A stretch of DNA of 64,000 bases, taken from assembly GCF_001194135.2 (NCBI RefSeq), contig NC_068987.1, positions 36,022,303-36,086,302 of the forward strand, in the 5' to 3' direction. Source of the stretch: Octopus bimaculoides (Eukaryota). Below, piece by piece: positions 1-13,340 of this stretch. The notes below the pieces were generated by a model. That model saw only the letters and a program-made list of their open reading frames with translations. It was not told where the DNA came from and ran no database searches. Numbering within the stretch: the first letter of the stretch is position 1; each line of letters begins with the position of its first letter. The translations under genes and the position numbers were made by a program.

Positions 1-815
1 TATTATTATGATTTTTGTAGTTGTTGATACTATTGTAATTCTATTTTCAATATTATTGTTTTAATTTTAAAAATTTTGTAATATAATAGTTTCATTATTT
101 GTTAATTATTTTTAAGATTATTCTTTAATTATTTTTTCATTTACGTTTGTAATGTTATGGTCATATCTCAATGTATCTTAATGTATATTAATAATTTTGC
201 AGTGATTTTAATTTTAAATTATAAATATTTACTCCTTCAAGAAAAAAAAACAAATTTTAGGAAACAGAATATCTTTCTAAGTCAATAATACGTTGGTTAT
301 TTTCCTGTATAATTCTCATTAACCCAGTTTACCATCTACTCGGAGTTTACATTTTGAATAAATGATATTGATCAAATAACAAACCTTTAGTGACTTAATA
401 ATATATCAACTGAATGTCATGGTTCTACATAACAACTCTATGCATTTCACTTGGTCAATAATGCTTTAAAGGTAGGAGGAATTTTGATAATCTGTCATGT
501 TCTGATAAATACGATTTGTTAGTAGGTCTCCTGAAATATCTCGATATCCCTTACACCGGTTAAATATTGTAACTTTTACTACTATCTATCACACGTAAAT
601 GTTCTCTATACTAAGCAGTGTGGTATAGATTTGATAAGGACAGGATGATGTAAAATGTCTCTATCACCGGAGAATCCCGGTCGATCAAATATGGGATCTA
701 TTAACAAGCGTATTTCCTGCATCACAAAATTTTGGAATTTTCCAATCTATCCGAAACTTCCGTAAGGTGATTAAAGAATATCTAATCCTCCATTATTTTG
801 TGTTTTTCTAATATA

Positions 816-1145
816 CGAGGTCTGATCAATAAGTATCCAGACTGTTGCCATAGTAATGAAGCTAAAGCATGCAGAGTAAAGCCGTTTGGGAAATATTGCC
901 CCTCAACTATGTTGTGGATGTGCACTAAGTTTTAGCGTTCTAGCTCACATTCGCCATTTACAACAGTGCTTGGAAAGAAGGTGAGTAGCATGTGCTCATC
1001 GCATTGACCACGACAGAGAAGGTTTTCATGGCGATACCTGCTCAGAGGTCTGCCCAGGTTTGCAGAAAGTGTATGGAGAGGAGAATATGAGCCGCACACA
1101 AGTGAACGAGTGGTTCAGAAGTTTCCAACGTCATGAAAAAATGTC
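816..1145 (+). mobile_element. Mariner (Tc1/mariner) transposon 5' fragment, degraded
   Basis: TA followed by a mariner-type TIR start CGAGGTCTGATCAATAAGTATCC at 816. Translation QKVYGEENMSRTQVNEWFRSF (ORF 1060+) matches the mariner N-terminal HTH (VYGE..MSR.QV.EWF..F). Confidence 0.8.
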
Positions 1146-1189
1146 GATATTGGGGACCGTATTCGCCTGGATTTATAATCCCCTTTTTC

Positions 1190-1280
1190 TTGTATGTATG
1201 TATGTATGTATGTATGTATGTATGTATGTATGTATGCATGCACATATTTATATATATGTGTGCGTGTGTGTGTATGTATA
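1190..1280. repeat. (TATG)n/(TA)n/(TG)n compound microsatellite
   Basis: Directly visible; source of the spurious ORFs at 1042-1362. Confidence 0.95.
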
Positions 1281-1657
1281 TTCACACAAAAAAATAATAA
1301 CCATGCAGTTTAAACACGTAGCTTATCATGAAAATCAATGGAATACTCTATTTAGTTGGTAGTAGTAAGCGAGTATCGATTCTTCACCCTTTGCATGGCT
1401 GAGTAAGAAACAGTTCCGATTATAAGAATACTATGAAGCTGTGATCGTGTAGCTAAATACCATATGCCATTATGTTTGACGTTGGTCTAATTACAACCAA
1501 CCGTACCATTACAAGTATTAAACACAGAAGCGGGAAAATCTTGCGTGGTTGTGGTTCTGGTGAATTGAGGCTTTTTCAGTAGAATTAGTTTCTCTGAGGA
1601 AAGGCAAGCCATCAGGGGTATCTTGAATTTGTTTATACCATCAACCAAAGGACTCAC

Positions 1658-1686
1658 CCAAAACATCGTACCGCTATGATCTGTTA
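1658..1686 (-). CDS. Possible 29-nt coding exon (xTDHSGTMFW), product unknown
   Basis: Minus strand gtagtttcag|TAACAGATCATAGCGGTACGATGTTTTGG|gtgagt with one open frame. Short enough to arise by chance. Confidence 0.15.
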
Positions 1687-1972
1687 CTGAAACTACAACT
1701 GATATATATATAAATATATATATATATATANNNNNNNNNNNNNNNNNNNNNNNNNNNNNNNNNNNNNNNNNNNNNNNNNNNNNNNNNNNNNNNNNNNNNN
1801 NNNNNNNNNNNNNNNNNNNNNNNNNNNNNNNNNNNNNNNNNNNNNNNNNNNNNNNNNNNNNNNNNNNNNNNNNNNNNNNNNNNNNNNNNNNNNNNNNNNN
1901 NNNNNNNNNNNNNNNNNNNNNNNNNNNNNNNNNNNNNNNNNNNNNNNNNNNNNNNNNNNNNNNNNNNNNNNN

Positions 1973-2020
<48 letters not shown>

Positions 2021-3221
2021 GAACCGTTAAACAGTAGAAATAGGTACAAAGACAGCAATCGGAGGACAAATAGCGTTGTCAAGAGCATTTGGTGTTAAAT
2101 GAAAATAATATAAAAATTCAAAATGTCATCTGGAATAAACAGTGACCAAATTTCATCTTAACCATGTAAATCATTCATTAAAACGAAGGAATATATTAAA
2201 TATTATATTAAGTTATAATTGGGTAGAAAAGAAATGAATATTGAATGTTTGAATGTTTTAAATCTTTCATGTGTTTTATAAGAGCTAATGTGATTGAAAC
2301 AACAAATATTCATATATACGTAAAACCTTTGAAATATTGAACAAAAAATGGAGAGTGGTTTTTACTTTCTAACAACAACATGCAAATCTTCATCAATTCA
2401 ATCGATGTCTACTTAAATGTATTCTTACATAAATAAACCCTCCGTAGAAAAAAAAAAAGGATGATCGTGTCGGTTTCATTGTTTATCGCCGGATTTCTAT
2501 GCTAGGACTGCCATGGAAGATGAACAATAGCTGGAAATTAATACGAAGATAGTTGTATTTAGAGCTTATGTTCAACGTAGGTTATGTAATCACTGGAAAC
2601 ACTCTATGTAACTATGTACATTTGAGAAAACACATGCAGTTTCATATTTATTAGAAGATGTATAGCTGATAAAAATATATTGAAGTTATGCCTGAAGCCC
2701 ACTTCACAAACAGATAAGAATATAAGTATTAACCTGAAAATATCAATACTAAAGCAATTGAAAGATACAGAGAGCTATAAAATCAATTCTTATCTCTTAC
2801 TACGTATATAAAGCTTCCCCAATTGCGCTGTCTTATTGAAAAGATTCGGAGAGGCAAATGAAGCAGCCATAGTAAAGAAACTGTCGTTGTATTAATTCAT
2901 AAAGCATCTGGATTTACTTTCGTTTTCACCATTCTTGCATTGATAACATAATTACTGGTCAAGAAACTGAATCATCATCTTCAAATTAAAGCCGCACAAG
3001 ACTTAACGTTGCTATTACAAGCATCCTTACTTGTTTCCAATGTAATGATAAATTCATAAGTTCCTGTCTATTCGTACTAATCACTGGCCATACTACTGTT
3101 AGAATATCAGGCTGGCTGCCTTGTGGTATTCGATCTAGTTCTTTGTAATTATCCCTTTACCTATTTGTGTAGTTTAATGATGCTTCTTAGTGCGATTGGT
3201 GCGTATACCTCTCACCTATTC

Positions 3222-3385
3222 TCTTTCTTTCGCTCTCTCTTTCTATCTCTCTCACTTTCTCTCTCTCTCTCTTTCTATATCTCTGTCCTTCTCTCTCTTT
3301 CGCTCTCTCTCTTTCTCTCTCTCTCTTTTTCTTTCACTTTCTCTCTCTCTCTTTCTCTCACTTTCTCTCTCTCTATCTCTCTCTC
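3222..3385. repeat. (CT)n-rich polypyrimidine tract
   Basis: Directly visible imperfect (CT)n. Confidence 0.9.
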
Positions 3386-3629
3386 ATCCAACTTAGCCAG
3401 AAAAATTTATGTAGCGTTCTGTCTAAATTATGTATCAATGTGTATAAGTGTTCCTTTAGATTCTATGCTCTAACACCAGCAGAGCCACATGTACACTCGG
3501 GTCCAAAGTAATGTCTACTATTCATGTACTCAGCCTGATACTAGCATCGATATGATTTATTGTCTCTTCTCTCAGTGACTCTAGGTTTGGGTATCGTTTA
3601 GGTTTCAATATTATGAATCGCTAAGTCAA

Positions 3630-3845
3630 CAAGCGGGAGGAATCGTTAACACGGCATGGGAACTGCTTAGTCGCCTTTCGTCAGCCTTTACCATCTAAGA
3701 TAAAATTCCGTCGAGGTCGACTTTATCTTTCATCATTTCCAGGTCGATCAAAGAACTACGAGTTCAGCACTGGGGTCGATGTAATCGAATTAACCCTTAC
3801 CTCGGAATTGCTAGCCTTGTACCAAAATTTGAAACCAACATTAGA
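3630..3845 (+). mobile_element. tRNA-derived SINE, family A (old copy)
   Basis: Family motifs AAATTCCGTCGAGGTCGACTTT, GCACTGGGGTCGATGTAATCGA and tail CTTGTACCAAAATTTGAAAC, shared with other copies in the window. Confidence 0.8.
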
Positions 3846-3854
3846 AATTGCTAA

Positions 3855-4050
3855 GGTACTAAGCTGACAGAAATGCTAGCATGCCACGTAAAATGCTTAG
3901 CTGCATTTCATCCGTCTTTAAATTCTTAGTTAAATTTCCGCCGAAGTAAACTTTGTTTTTCATCCTTTCACTTGAACACCAGGGTCGATGTAATCGATTT
4001 ACCCTTCTATCGAAATTGCTGGCTTTGTGCCAAAATTTGAAACAGATATT
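3855..4050 (+). mobile_element. tRNA-derived SINE, family A (second, tandem old copy)
   Basis: AAATGCTTAGC, TTTCCGCCGAAGTAAACTTTG, GGGTCGATGTAATCGA, TTTGTGCCAAAATTTGAAAC. Confidence 0.75.
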
Positions 4051-4427
4051 ACGACCTTCTATGCTTTTATTGTGTAAAAGATGTTGCAAAATCATAACTA
4101 AATTATCGACGGACTGCTTGCTTTATTTAATTTATATTTCTGCTCCAATCACACCGCCGTCAACAATTCATTTTCTTTCCCGGTGTTAAAAAAAAGTAGA
4201 TTCCAGCAACATTCTGATACTGCATCACATAGTCAATCCTTCGTCACTTAGCAAAAAATTCTGAACCGCTGAAACACTTGGAATGAAAATTATGCAGGTT
4301 ATTTTCGCTACTCAAAAGTTTTTCCTGTGTCAGTCGCCACTTTTAAAGATGGGTCCTGAACAAAATAATTACCAGAGAACTTGTAATCATTACTCAAAAG
4401 AGACACATCAATATTAATAGGTTATTT

Positions 4428-4640
4428 AGGATGGCGAGCTAGCAGAATCATTAGCAAGCCAGGCTAATATGCTTAGCAGCATGTCGTCCGTTTTTAAGTT
4501 GTGAATTAAAATTCCGTCGATGTCGACTTTGCCTTTTATCCTTTTGTGGCCGATAAAATAAGTACCGGTTGAGCAATGAGGACCATGTAGTCGACTTCAC
4601 CATTCCACCGAAATATGTGAGCTTGTGTTAAAACTTTGAA
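4428..4640 (+). mobile_element. tRNA-derived SINE, family A
   Basis: Head GGATGGCGAGCTAGCAGAATCATTAGC; central GTCGACTTTGCCTTTTATCC...GATAAAATAAGTACC. Confidence 0.8.
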
Positions 4641-6029
4641 GGTAATATGTATGCTTCATTTGTCAGTATTTAGTTGGTGCCATCTATTGCTGCTTTCACA
4701 TATTGGTGTTCTACCTTATTCATACAGAATTTAAGAAACGAATTCTTCTAACCTGTCATTTCTCTTAATTATGCAATACATTGTCTCACAATTTCTTTCT
4801 TCTTCCGCCTCTCTCTCTCTGTTACACACATACACATGCACACACATGCATATGCTTGAGCACATCTTACTATCTACCACCTTCTTACTTTCAGGCATTT
4901 AAAACTATGCAGAAGCAGTTTCTACATCACCACTTTATATACGAAGAAACCTGACCAATCTGCAGATAGTTTCTGGTGTCTTCGACATTTTATAACAGTG
5001 CGGCAAATTCATTCTGCCTGATCACTAAAACCTATTACTCAGATATAGACTCAAACTGAAATCATTACTATCAAATCGAGTTGAGACATTATACGAACAA
5101 AAATTCCTCAAGAGGAAACAAGCTTTGTGTAGGCATCTATCTCAAAACTATTTGAAAGACGAATCAAAATTCCATCCAGCAAGATTTGAAGTTCCGCCGT
5201 TCACTACATTCAGCAGATTTTTTCAGGATTCCCACGTATTTTCTAAACATAAATAGCATGATTGATATATTCCCCACTTGCAGATAATCACTATATCTCA
5301 TTAGATCTTTAAAAGGAACAATGCTACCAATTTACTGCTTGCTTATTACCAGAGCCTGGGTTTGACTTTGCTAAGATTTTGGAATCTATTTTTCTCACAT
5401 TTATCATTTTACTTATGTTTACTATTACTTTAGAAAACACATAAACTATTCTAGACCGAAATATCATTTAAGTATTTATTCACAACCACAGATCACGAAA
5501 CTTCAAACTGCTGAGGCTTTCTATTGCATTAGTTGTAGTACATAAATTATAAACAATTATTCCTGTACATATGTTAGAAAGCACAAAAAAATATATAGCT
5601 CACAAGTGGAATATTTCAACGAAGATTTACGCTACTTGGAATGAAGTAATAATATGGAAATATAATCTTTAAAAAATTAGAAAAGAAAAAGTACTATCGA
5701 TACTGACAGTTGTTCCAAATCAAGCCTTGATTGTATTGTTCCTGAATACTTAGTTCTGCATTATCGTGGCATGTTTGGATAGTTTCAGTTTAGAGTTGAT
5801 TCCATTTCTTATAGATGTAATTCATGAATATTTCTAGCAAAATGTGAGTGAAACATTATATGAACTATGCACACATTCAAATAAACATATGCTAGCACAC
5901 TTCGTTTTCCTAAACAGTTAACATACCAATAGGCGATATTCGAAAATAATATATTTCAAAGACATGAAAGCGCAGCGAGGAATTAAATGTCGATTGATGT
6001 GACACTGAAATGTTAAAACGAGAAGGATG

Positions 6030-6240
6030 AGAGAGAGAAAGAGAGTGAGAGAGCGCGAGAGAGAGAAAGGGAGAGCGAGAGAGAGAGAAAGGGAGTGCGA
6101 GAGAAAGAGAAAGGGAGAGCGAGAGAAAGAGAAAGGGAGAGCGAGAGAGAGAGAAAGTGAGAGCGAGAGAGAGAGAAAGGGAGAGCGAGAGAGAGAGAAA
6201 GGGAGAGCGAGAGAGAGAGAAAGGGAGAGCGAGAGAGTGA
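6030..6240. repeat. GA-derived purine minisatellite, unit ~GAGAGAGAGAGAAAGGGAGAGC (20-22 bp)
   Basis: Recurring AAAGGGAGAGC motif within (GA)n. Confidence 0.9.
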
Positions 6241-6967
6241 GGTGAGGAGATCTATTCGCTAAACTACCGTAAAAAATAACATAGTAGAAATAAGGTTCAC
6301 ATATTTACGAAAACACATAAAAGCATGTTACATGAGGCTGCATATGTGCATGATTGTATGTTAGTTTCATTATGCATCGTGTAATTACATGATAATCATT
6401 ATTGATGTTTCTACATACATAGACAGTTATGTATGTGTGCGTGAGTTTGTGCGTTCGTGTGTGTGTGTGTGACCTTATACGTATGTATGTATTTGTGTCT
6501 CAGGTATTAACGACTGTATGTATAATCATGTACTGATACATGTATAAAAAGAAGCAGATGTCTCTGATTCAAGCTATGTGTGTGAAATCATTTTTTTTAT
6601 CTACACAGCAGTCACGTACATACCATCTACGTCCATATTATGTGATGTTGTTTGCAGGTTCTTTCTAAAATTCTTACTGCATACTCTTCATTAGAGTCCA
6701 TTTGAACAAAGCTTACAACTTGGCTGAACTTTAAAAATCTACAAGACCCTAATCCTCTGATCCTCTTTTATCTGCTTCTAAGATTGTGTTCTGCATAAAC
6801 TACGTATATTTTAATAGTTACTTTTCTTGTGTGTATTTAATTTTTTTCTTTCACATTTTGTTTGATTTTCTTTTTATTCTTTAGTAATGGAATCATACAA
6901 AGCATCTAAGGGACGCACGTGTAACCCAGTCTCTCTCAATCTCCATTTTTACCTCTTTCTCTGCCAT

Positions 6968-6974
6968 ACGTATG

Positions 6975-7022
<48 letters not shown>

Positions 7023-7118
7023 CATATATATGTATGTGTATATATATATATACACACACACATACATATATATGTATACATATAATGCATATATGTATAA
7101 ATATATAATGTGAGTGCA

Positions 7119-7166
<48 letters not shown>

Positions 7167-7210
7167 GCTTATACATGTATATGTGTGTGCTTGTATGTAT
7201 GTGTGTGTGT
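6968..7210. repeat. (TA)n/(TATG)n/(CA)n compound microsatellite
   Basis: Directly visible. Confidence 0.95.
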
Positions 7211-7870
7211 TTATTCTATCAAAGATTTTAACAACTGTTGTATTTGTTCCTTTTATTTGTTTTTTTAGTAAAGCCGCATATGATGACGATGTGGAAAAAG
7301 AAGAAAGATCATGTGAGATTCATTCTTTCCATTAGCATTGATATTGGCATAAAATGTGATCACCTTAAAGGAGAATACACACTGTGTAAGCGTTTCATCT
7401 TGTTGATAGCTTACATTTTGTTTTATGATGCTTTTTTCACTTTATAGAACAATTTAGACATAGATGCTTGCAGAAGACAACTGAGAGTTTCAAAGTTGTC
7501 ACGGGAACTACTAGTAAACAAATTATACTCTCATTCCCTCATATGGTGCGGTGATGCTTTATTTTAAAGTAGATTTTAATGTAGATTTTAAATATCTAAT
7601 AACACAGTGGAGCTCGGTAGATTCATGGATGCAATATCGCTAATGACCGATCTGCTCTAAGACCAGGTTTTCACAGCAATATTTTGATGCTACACATGGC
7701 AAATAAAATATCCTCTCGTCACCATTTGAGTGAATATAAATAGCAGCTAAAAATTCTTCACATATTACCTAAATGCAGAAGATGACAGTTTCTCCTCCCT
7801 CACACACACCATTCTCTCTCTCTCTCTCTGTTTCTCTGACTCTCTCTGACTCTCGCTCTCTCTTTGTTTC

Positions 7871-7910
<40 letters not shown>

Positions 7911-8136
7911 CATATATCAGTGGGTTGATGCATTGTAATGTCAAAAGAAAAATCATAGTCTACTTACTCACCGCCATATTTTGGGAAATGGTTTCTCGTG
8001 TTATTAAAATATTAAGGTTGAAAATACCCCTTATTTCTCCTTAGCCATTTATCCTCATGTGAGTATTTCACGGAGAAGCTGATAATGTCACTTATTTTTA
8101 TTAAGATACTCACAAATGTGAAAAGGAGTTACTCAC

Positions 8137-8270
8137 AATTGTCTTAATGTACAATAATCCGCCAGGTGTAATATCTTTGGAAAAGTGTAGCTTCGTTACG
8201 ATCAGTAGTTTCCAAATTGATGCAGTGTAATTCTCTAAGTCAGTCTGCAGGAATCCAAGATTCGTTTGTT
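8137..8270 (-). CDS. Candidate internal coding exon (xQTNLGFLQTDLENYTASIWKLLIVTKLHFSKDITPGGLLYIKTI), product unidentified
   Basis: Minus strand tttatttcag|AACAAACG...AAGACAATT|gtgagt; 134 nt; only one frame is open (phase 1 to 0); one NYT sequon. Confidence 0.35.
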
Positions 8271-8728
8271 CTGAAATAAATTCAAACCATTTTATCAATT
8301 CACTATTAGTTTATTTCACTGAAAGACGAAGTGAGACTCTGTATGATTTTTATGACAGAGGCTCATACTCGTGATGTCGATATCAGATGCAATTTCATTT
8401 ATACGTATGGCCATTGGATTGCTTCAGAAAACCAGGCTACGTAGACTCTCAATAAAATCAGACCTTTCCAGTTAGTGAAGTTCTGTGCATCAGTCTGTCT
8501 GTAGGTGAGAAAATATTCTCTCTCCTGAGATGCTGATTTTCATTTAAAATATTCCAATAAGTTTTCTTTTGCTTTTTGCTGTTGATGGCGTGTAAGTTAA
8601 ATGATCGTAACATTTACTTTCTATCATTGTTGCAAAAATCAAATACTTTTGTCGTAGTTGTAAAGATTCTTTACATTTTTATATTACTTTATTTTATTTT
8701 ACTTTGCGCTGAGATGTGTAGAACTTGC

Positions 8729-8774
<46 letters not shown>

Positions 8775-8789
8775 TTATTAGGAGTACTT

Positions 8790-9170
8790 TTTTTTCAATA
8801 ATCAACTTTTGTTGGATTTCCTGGAGCCCTGCATGCGTAGAGGGCTTTCTAGTGGCAACTTATGGTGCTATGCTATGTGTTCTTACCAACTATCTGATAC
8901 TTTTCTGATTCTTCTGGCCGTGGCAAGGAGACAAACATTTTGTAACAACTCTACTGGGAACTATATTATGATATCTTTTATATTCCTAGTGATGCTATTT
9001 GATACAGTGCCCAAGGACCCAACAATAATTGGCACTATCTTCACCTTCTTCATTTTCCATAGTTGCGCTGTTTCATATTTACGGGTACTGTATATGTCTA
9101 TTTTTTACCTTCCATCTTGACTATTCGTGGGTCAAAGGGGCAAGCAACATCAGTTATATAGCACATGTGA
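8790..9170 (-). mobile_element. RLE-type (R4/Dong-like) non-LTR retrotransposon 3' fragment
   Basis: Minus translation with frameshifts: CYITDVACPFDPRIVKME...LWKMKKVKIVPIIVGSLGTVS...VELLQNVCLLATARRIRKV, the C-terminus of an RLE domain. Confidence 0.8.
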
Positions 9171-9477
9171 AAGGTCACCAACAATAGATACGCCTTTGTG
9201 TATTCTAGCATTTAGATTGGAAAATCTGAAACGATTTTGGAGGTTTCTAACTCCGACACCATCTTCGGTTTTGTGCTCATATCATGTTTTGACGTTCTCT
9301 AGACTTCACTTTTCGCATAATTTCTAATGTAGAATTTTCTCTACCTCATCATGTCGCCAAAACGTATAGTGATTTTTTGGCAAGTCAAGGATATTCGTTC
9401 ACGATATGAGTAATGGTTTCGTCCACTCTATTACAGAGGCAGGAGAGTGGGGGGGCATGCTCATTCCTAATGTGACA

Positions 9478-9595
9478 TCATAACCATCATCGTCGTCATC
9501 ATCATCATCATCATCATCGTCGTCGTCGTCATTATCATCATCATCATCATCATCATCATCATAATCATCATCATCATCATCATCATCATCATTTT
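9478..9595. repeat. (TCA)n/(TCG)n microsatellite, the (ATG)n 3' tail/target of the adjacent RLE element
   Basis: Directly visible; abuts the 3' UTR of the 9596-13256 element. Confidence 0.9.
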
Positions 9596-12500
9596 ATATA
9601 CGCACAACAGATTAGCCCTAACATCGGGCTGTAACGAGTAAATTTAGATGTCAAGAACCTTCCTAAGTATCCTAGCTGTCCCTAATAATTCCGTTTTCTG
9701 GGGTTGCAATAAACTCGGTTTTATGCCTATTCCCCCTATCTATCTTTTCAAATCAGTATCGATTGATTCTAATACACCTATAGATACAGGGATACATTTT
9801 ATCCACACTTTCACTTGCTTTTGTTATTTATTGACTAGATCCTGGCACTTTGCTATTTTCTATAATTTGTTTCTCATCATTTGGGATGTAAAGTCAAGTA
9901 CCCACTAGTTTCTCTTCTCTTTATCCATTACTACTAAATCAGGCTCTGTCATTTTTATCATCCTGTCGTTCTGAATGTAAAAATCCCACACTTTCGTAAT
10001 TTCTAATACTTTATTAAGTTCATGTTCATGCCACCTATCACTATATTAAAATCCTAGCTTTCTACATCCACCCCCAGTGGATTATTGTTTCTAGGTTATC
10101 ATTTCTATTTCAGCATACTATGTTCACTAACTATATGAGTAGCACTTCCCTCCTTCGGTTTACATAACCTACATTGGTAATCTACCTGATTTTAGTCTAT
10201 CTTCGCTTTTATCCAATTAGTTGTCAATGCTTGATATCATACTGCTTCTAGCAAATATTCTCTCTCCCATTTCAGCCTTCCTTTCTGCAATCAGAACCAT
10301 GTCTCCCTACTATTTTTTTTCTGCCACTATCTTTGGAAATCTACCATGCAAAGCCTTCTCTTTCCAGTCAGATGATCTCCCGTTTTCTGGATTCTCAGCC
10401 CATTTTCTTTCCGGTTCCTGAATCTACTACTATTACAACTTTTAATAATCTTTCCTCAGTATAACTACATAAGTATCTCTATCTACTCTTACTATCTCAA
10501 CAAAATTTTCAGCTGATATTAATTAGACCTCTACCACCTTAATATCTAGGTAACTATAGTTTTGACATTCCTGCTCTTTTATGAAATCTTCTATTCATAT
10601 TGAATCCCGTCTTAGTTTTGTCTAGATTTGCTTGAGGGGAATTAAGCATAACATAAATATGAAAGAGGATGACGAGTCCCCTTGAAAAATTCTTCTGTTA
10701 ATATTAAGTTTCCATTAGGCTCTGTCACCAGTGTAGAGATCTACTTTCCCTTTTTCAATATCATAAATAATTAAATATCTTTCTGTATTGTCTGAAATAA
10801 TGAATATTCTCAAATATTCACTCATCCATGAGTGTGGAGTCATGTAATAGGCTTTCTTACCATCTATTCATGATATTGTCAAATCATTTTTGTAGATTCC
10901 AATGCATTATCTATGTATAATAGGTTATGTTTTCTTCTTGCGTTCATCCTGCAACTTACCTATTGTTCTGGAAATAGTTCTGGCTGTCAAGGTACTTATA
11001 AATGTTTTCTGAAACCATTCCTGTTTACAGTTTGCATACCAATGACAAGCAACTGATTCGTATATAATTACTAGCTATATTGCCCTTGATTTTGTCTCTC
11101 ATAAGACGTACTGTTCTCTCTGTAGTCATCCCATTAGGTACAAATCCCTCCATTCAGGCAATCCTGAAGTTGTCCCCTCAGTCTCCCATGTAAGCTACTA
11201 AATTCCTTTAGCCAGTACCCTTGAATTAAATCTAGCCCTTCCAATTCGGCCTACTACCGAACACATCTCTCATAAATGCACTTGTTAATTTTAGATCTGG
11301 CTGCTTATCACTAACTAGTTCATTCCTCACTCGCTTTAACCAGGCTGCACCTTCTTCATAGTTAATTAGCCTACGCCAATTATCACTGCTGAACTTTCTA
11401 GCGTCCTCTGTATTACTTTTCTCATATTCAGAACATTTTGTACACAATTTATCTGGCTATGAAAATCTCTTGTGATGTGTCTCAATTTGTTCTGTTGATA
11501 CGGATCTATTCTTTTCTCATATCTGGAACACTTAAAACTTACCTCCTAGCGTTATGATACGCTGTTTCAACACCTTCATGTCTATCACAAATCCCTTCTC
11601 TTTGATTAGGTATATTTTCTCAAAACAAGATTTAAATCATGTGCTTCCTAGTTTGTTCAGTTTCCAGGCTTCTATTTTACTCAGATCTTCTCTTAAATTC
11701 TTCACTATATTTCCTAATTTTTTTATCCACATCTGCCTTCTCCTAATCTTTCCTTAAGAATATCTAATCTTGTAGTAGTTTCTACCCCTCCTATATAGAT
11801 CAATAAATTAGTGTCACCTATTTTTTTCAGTATCTATTCTACTGATTAAAAAATCTACTTTCCTGATCATATCTATCAACATCCTTTTAATGACACCTGG
11901 TAATGCTGGTTATCTTTCTTTTTCTTTCTTCTATACTCATTGCTTCCTGCAACTCATCTAAAATCTTCGGATCTTCCTCACTAATGTCGCTTTAGTCGCT
12001 TAAGTCGCTTGTCCCATCATGATCGATAGTGCTATCATTATATTTTCCCTTCCCCCTTCCAATCGTGTCATCCACTTTCTTCTAATAATATTAGTTTTAT
12101 CAACTATCTTTCCTCAGTCATTTTAAGCATAACCTTCTCTATCCAAAGTCTTGACTTCCGTTTTCTATAACCTCCATTTTATCATCCATTTCTTTCACTG
12201 GTCCTCTTCCTTCTCCTTATTCTATTATCTGCTGAAGCTGTCTTAAGATAAAAGTTGTGGTCAGTCTACATCGTTACTGAACTACTGCCGAGCGAGAGGC
12301 CTTCTCTTAAAGGTCCAATATCAGATTTTCTGAGCAAACTCTTGACTATCATAAACTGAGATAAGGTAAAGTTTCTCATCATCGTCATCACCGCTATTAT
12401 TATTCAGCGTCTGAGCGTTTTAAGTTTCTATTGCATCACTTACTACACTTTCGTGCTGTTGAGGTATGTGCAGCATTGCATTTTGTTTCGTTTTGTCCTT

Positions 12501-13256
12501 TGGAGAGTATTGTATTGCATGACCATATTTTGTTGCGGGGATTGGTTTGATACTTCTGTTATAGTAATGTTTATATTGCCTGTTGTGCGTGTGGTGAGAG
12601 TTGTGTTCTTCTGTTTCGTATCAAGCAACTATGCCATAAGTTGTGGGCGCCGTTCATTTTATTGGATATTTTCTGTATAAGTTTATTTCTACGTATTTTG
12701 AGTAAAGTGTTGCATTATAGTTTGCATATAATACTGAATCGTAGTCGTCGTCATCTGTTCATCGTTATCGTTTGGTCTTGTTATTCGTTTGGGCAGTGAC
12801 ATTAAGATATGTGTTTCCTCTTTATAACGTTGAGTTTTCGACAGATGTGTGCTTAAGATTCTTTTGCATCGCGATTGCCCGAGGTTCACAGAAGGAAATT
12901 CACCGCCAACTCTTTCTCCTTTATTCTGTGTTTATGGCATTATCATCAAACAACGATCTGAATTGTTCCTTTCAACTTTCCAGAAGCAATGAAACTTGAC
13001 AACTCTTTTGTTAAAGACCTTTAAATACTGTGCCTTTGGTGCTTGTTTTCTACGCATCCGTGTGTGGGATTTATAAGCGAGAAACTGAAGAACAGAGAAA
13101 CAGAAATATGCTTATACGTAGAGGATTTGTAGAAATAGCAGTGCATATGCGAGTAAGAATTTACTCACATATTCGCGTTTTGGTGCAGAGGTATTGCAGT
13201 CCGTATGTTTATATTTCCATGTAGGTTTTGCTGTGGCGGTACATTTGAGAGAAGCT
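9596..13256 (-). mobile_element. Near full-length degraded R4/Dong-like retrotransposon (long leader, N-terminal domain, RT, RLE)
   Basis: Minus strand. N-terminal GYRKR...WIEK.M.KMTEER near 12.1-12.2 kb; RT-region fragments at ~10.4-11.5 kb (ORF 11232-11447, ...AFMRDVFGSRPNWK); C-terminal ...CIPVSIGVLE...LLGTARILRKVLDI* at 9650-9800; ~0.95-kb leader homologous to 60960-61762. Confidence 0.8.
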
Positions 13257-13257
13257 A

Positions 13258-13258
13258 T

Positions 13259-13340
<82 letters not shown>
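13258..13340. repeat. (TA)n(TG)n microsatellite
   Basis: Directly visible. Confidence 0.95.

Noticed and set aside
455-530. Terminal exon candidate GDLLTNRIYQNMTDYQNSSYL* on the minus strand
   Set aside because: Only an acceptor and a short frame; the tetraspanin-like resemblance fails (no CCG motif, early stop).
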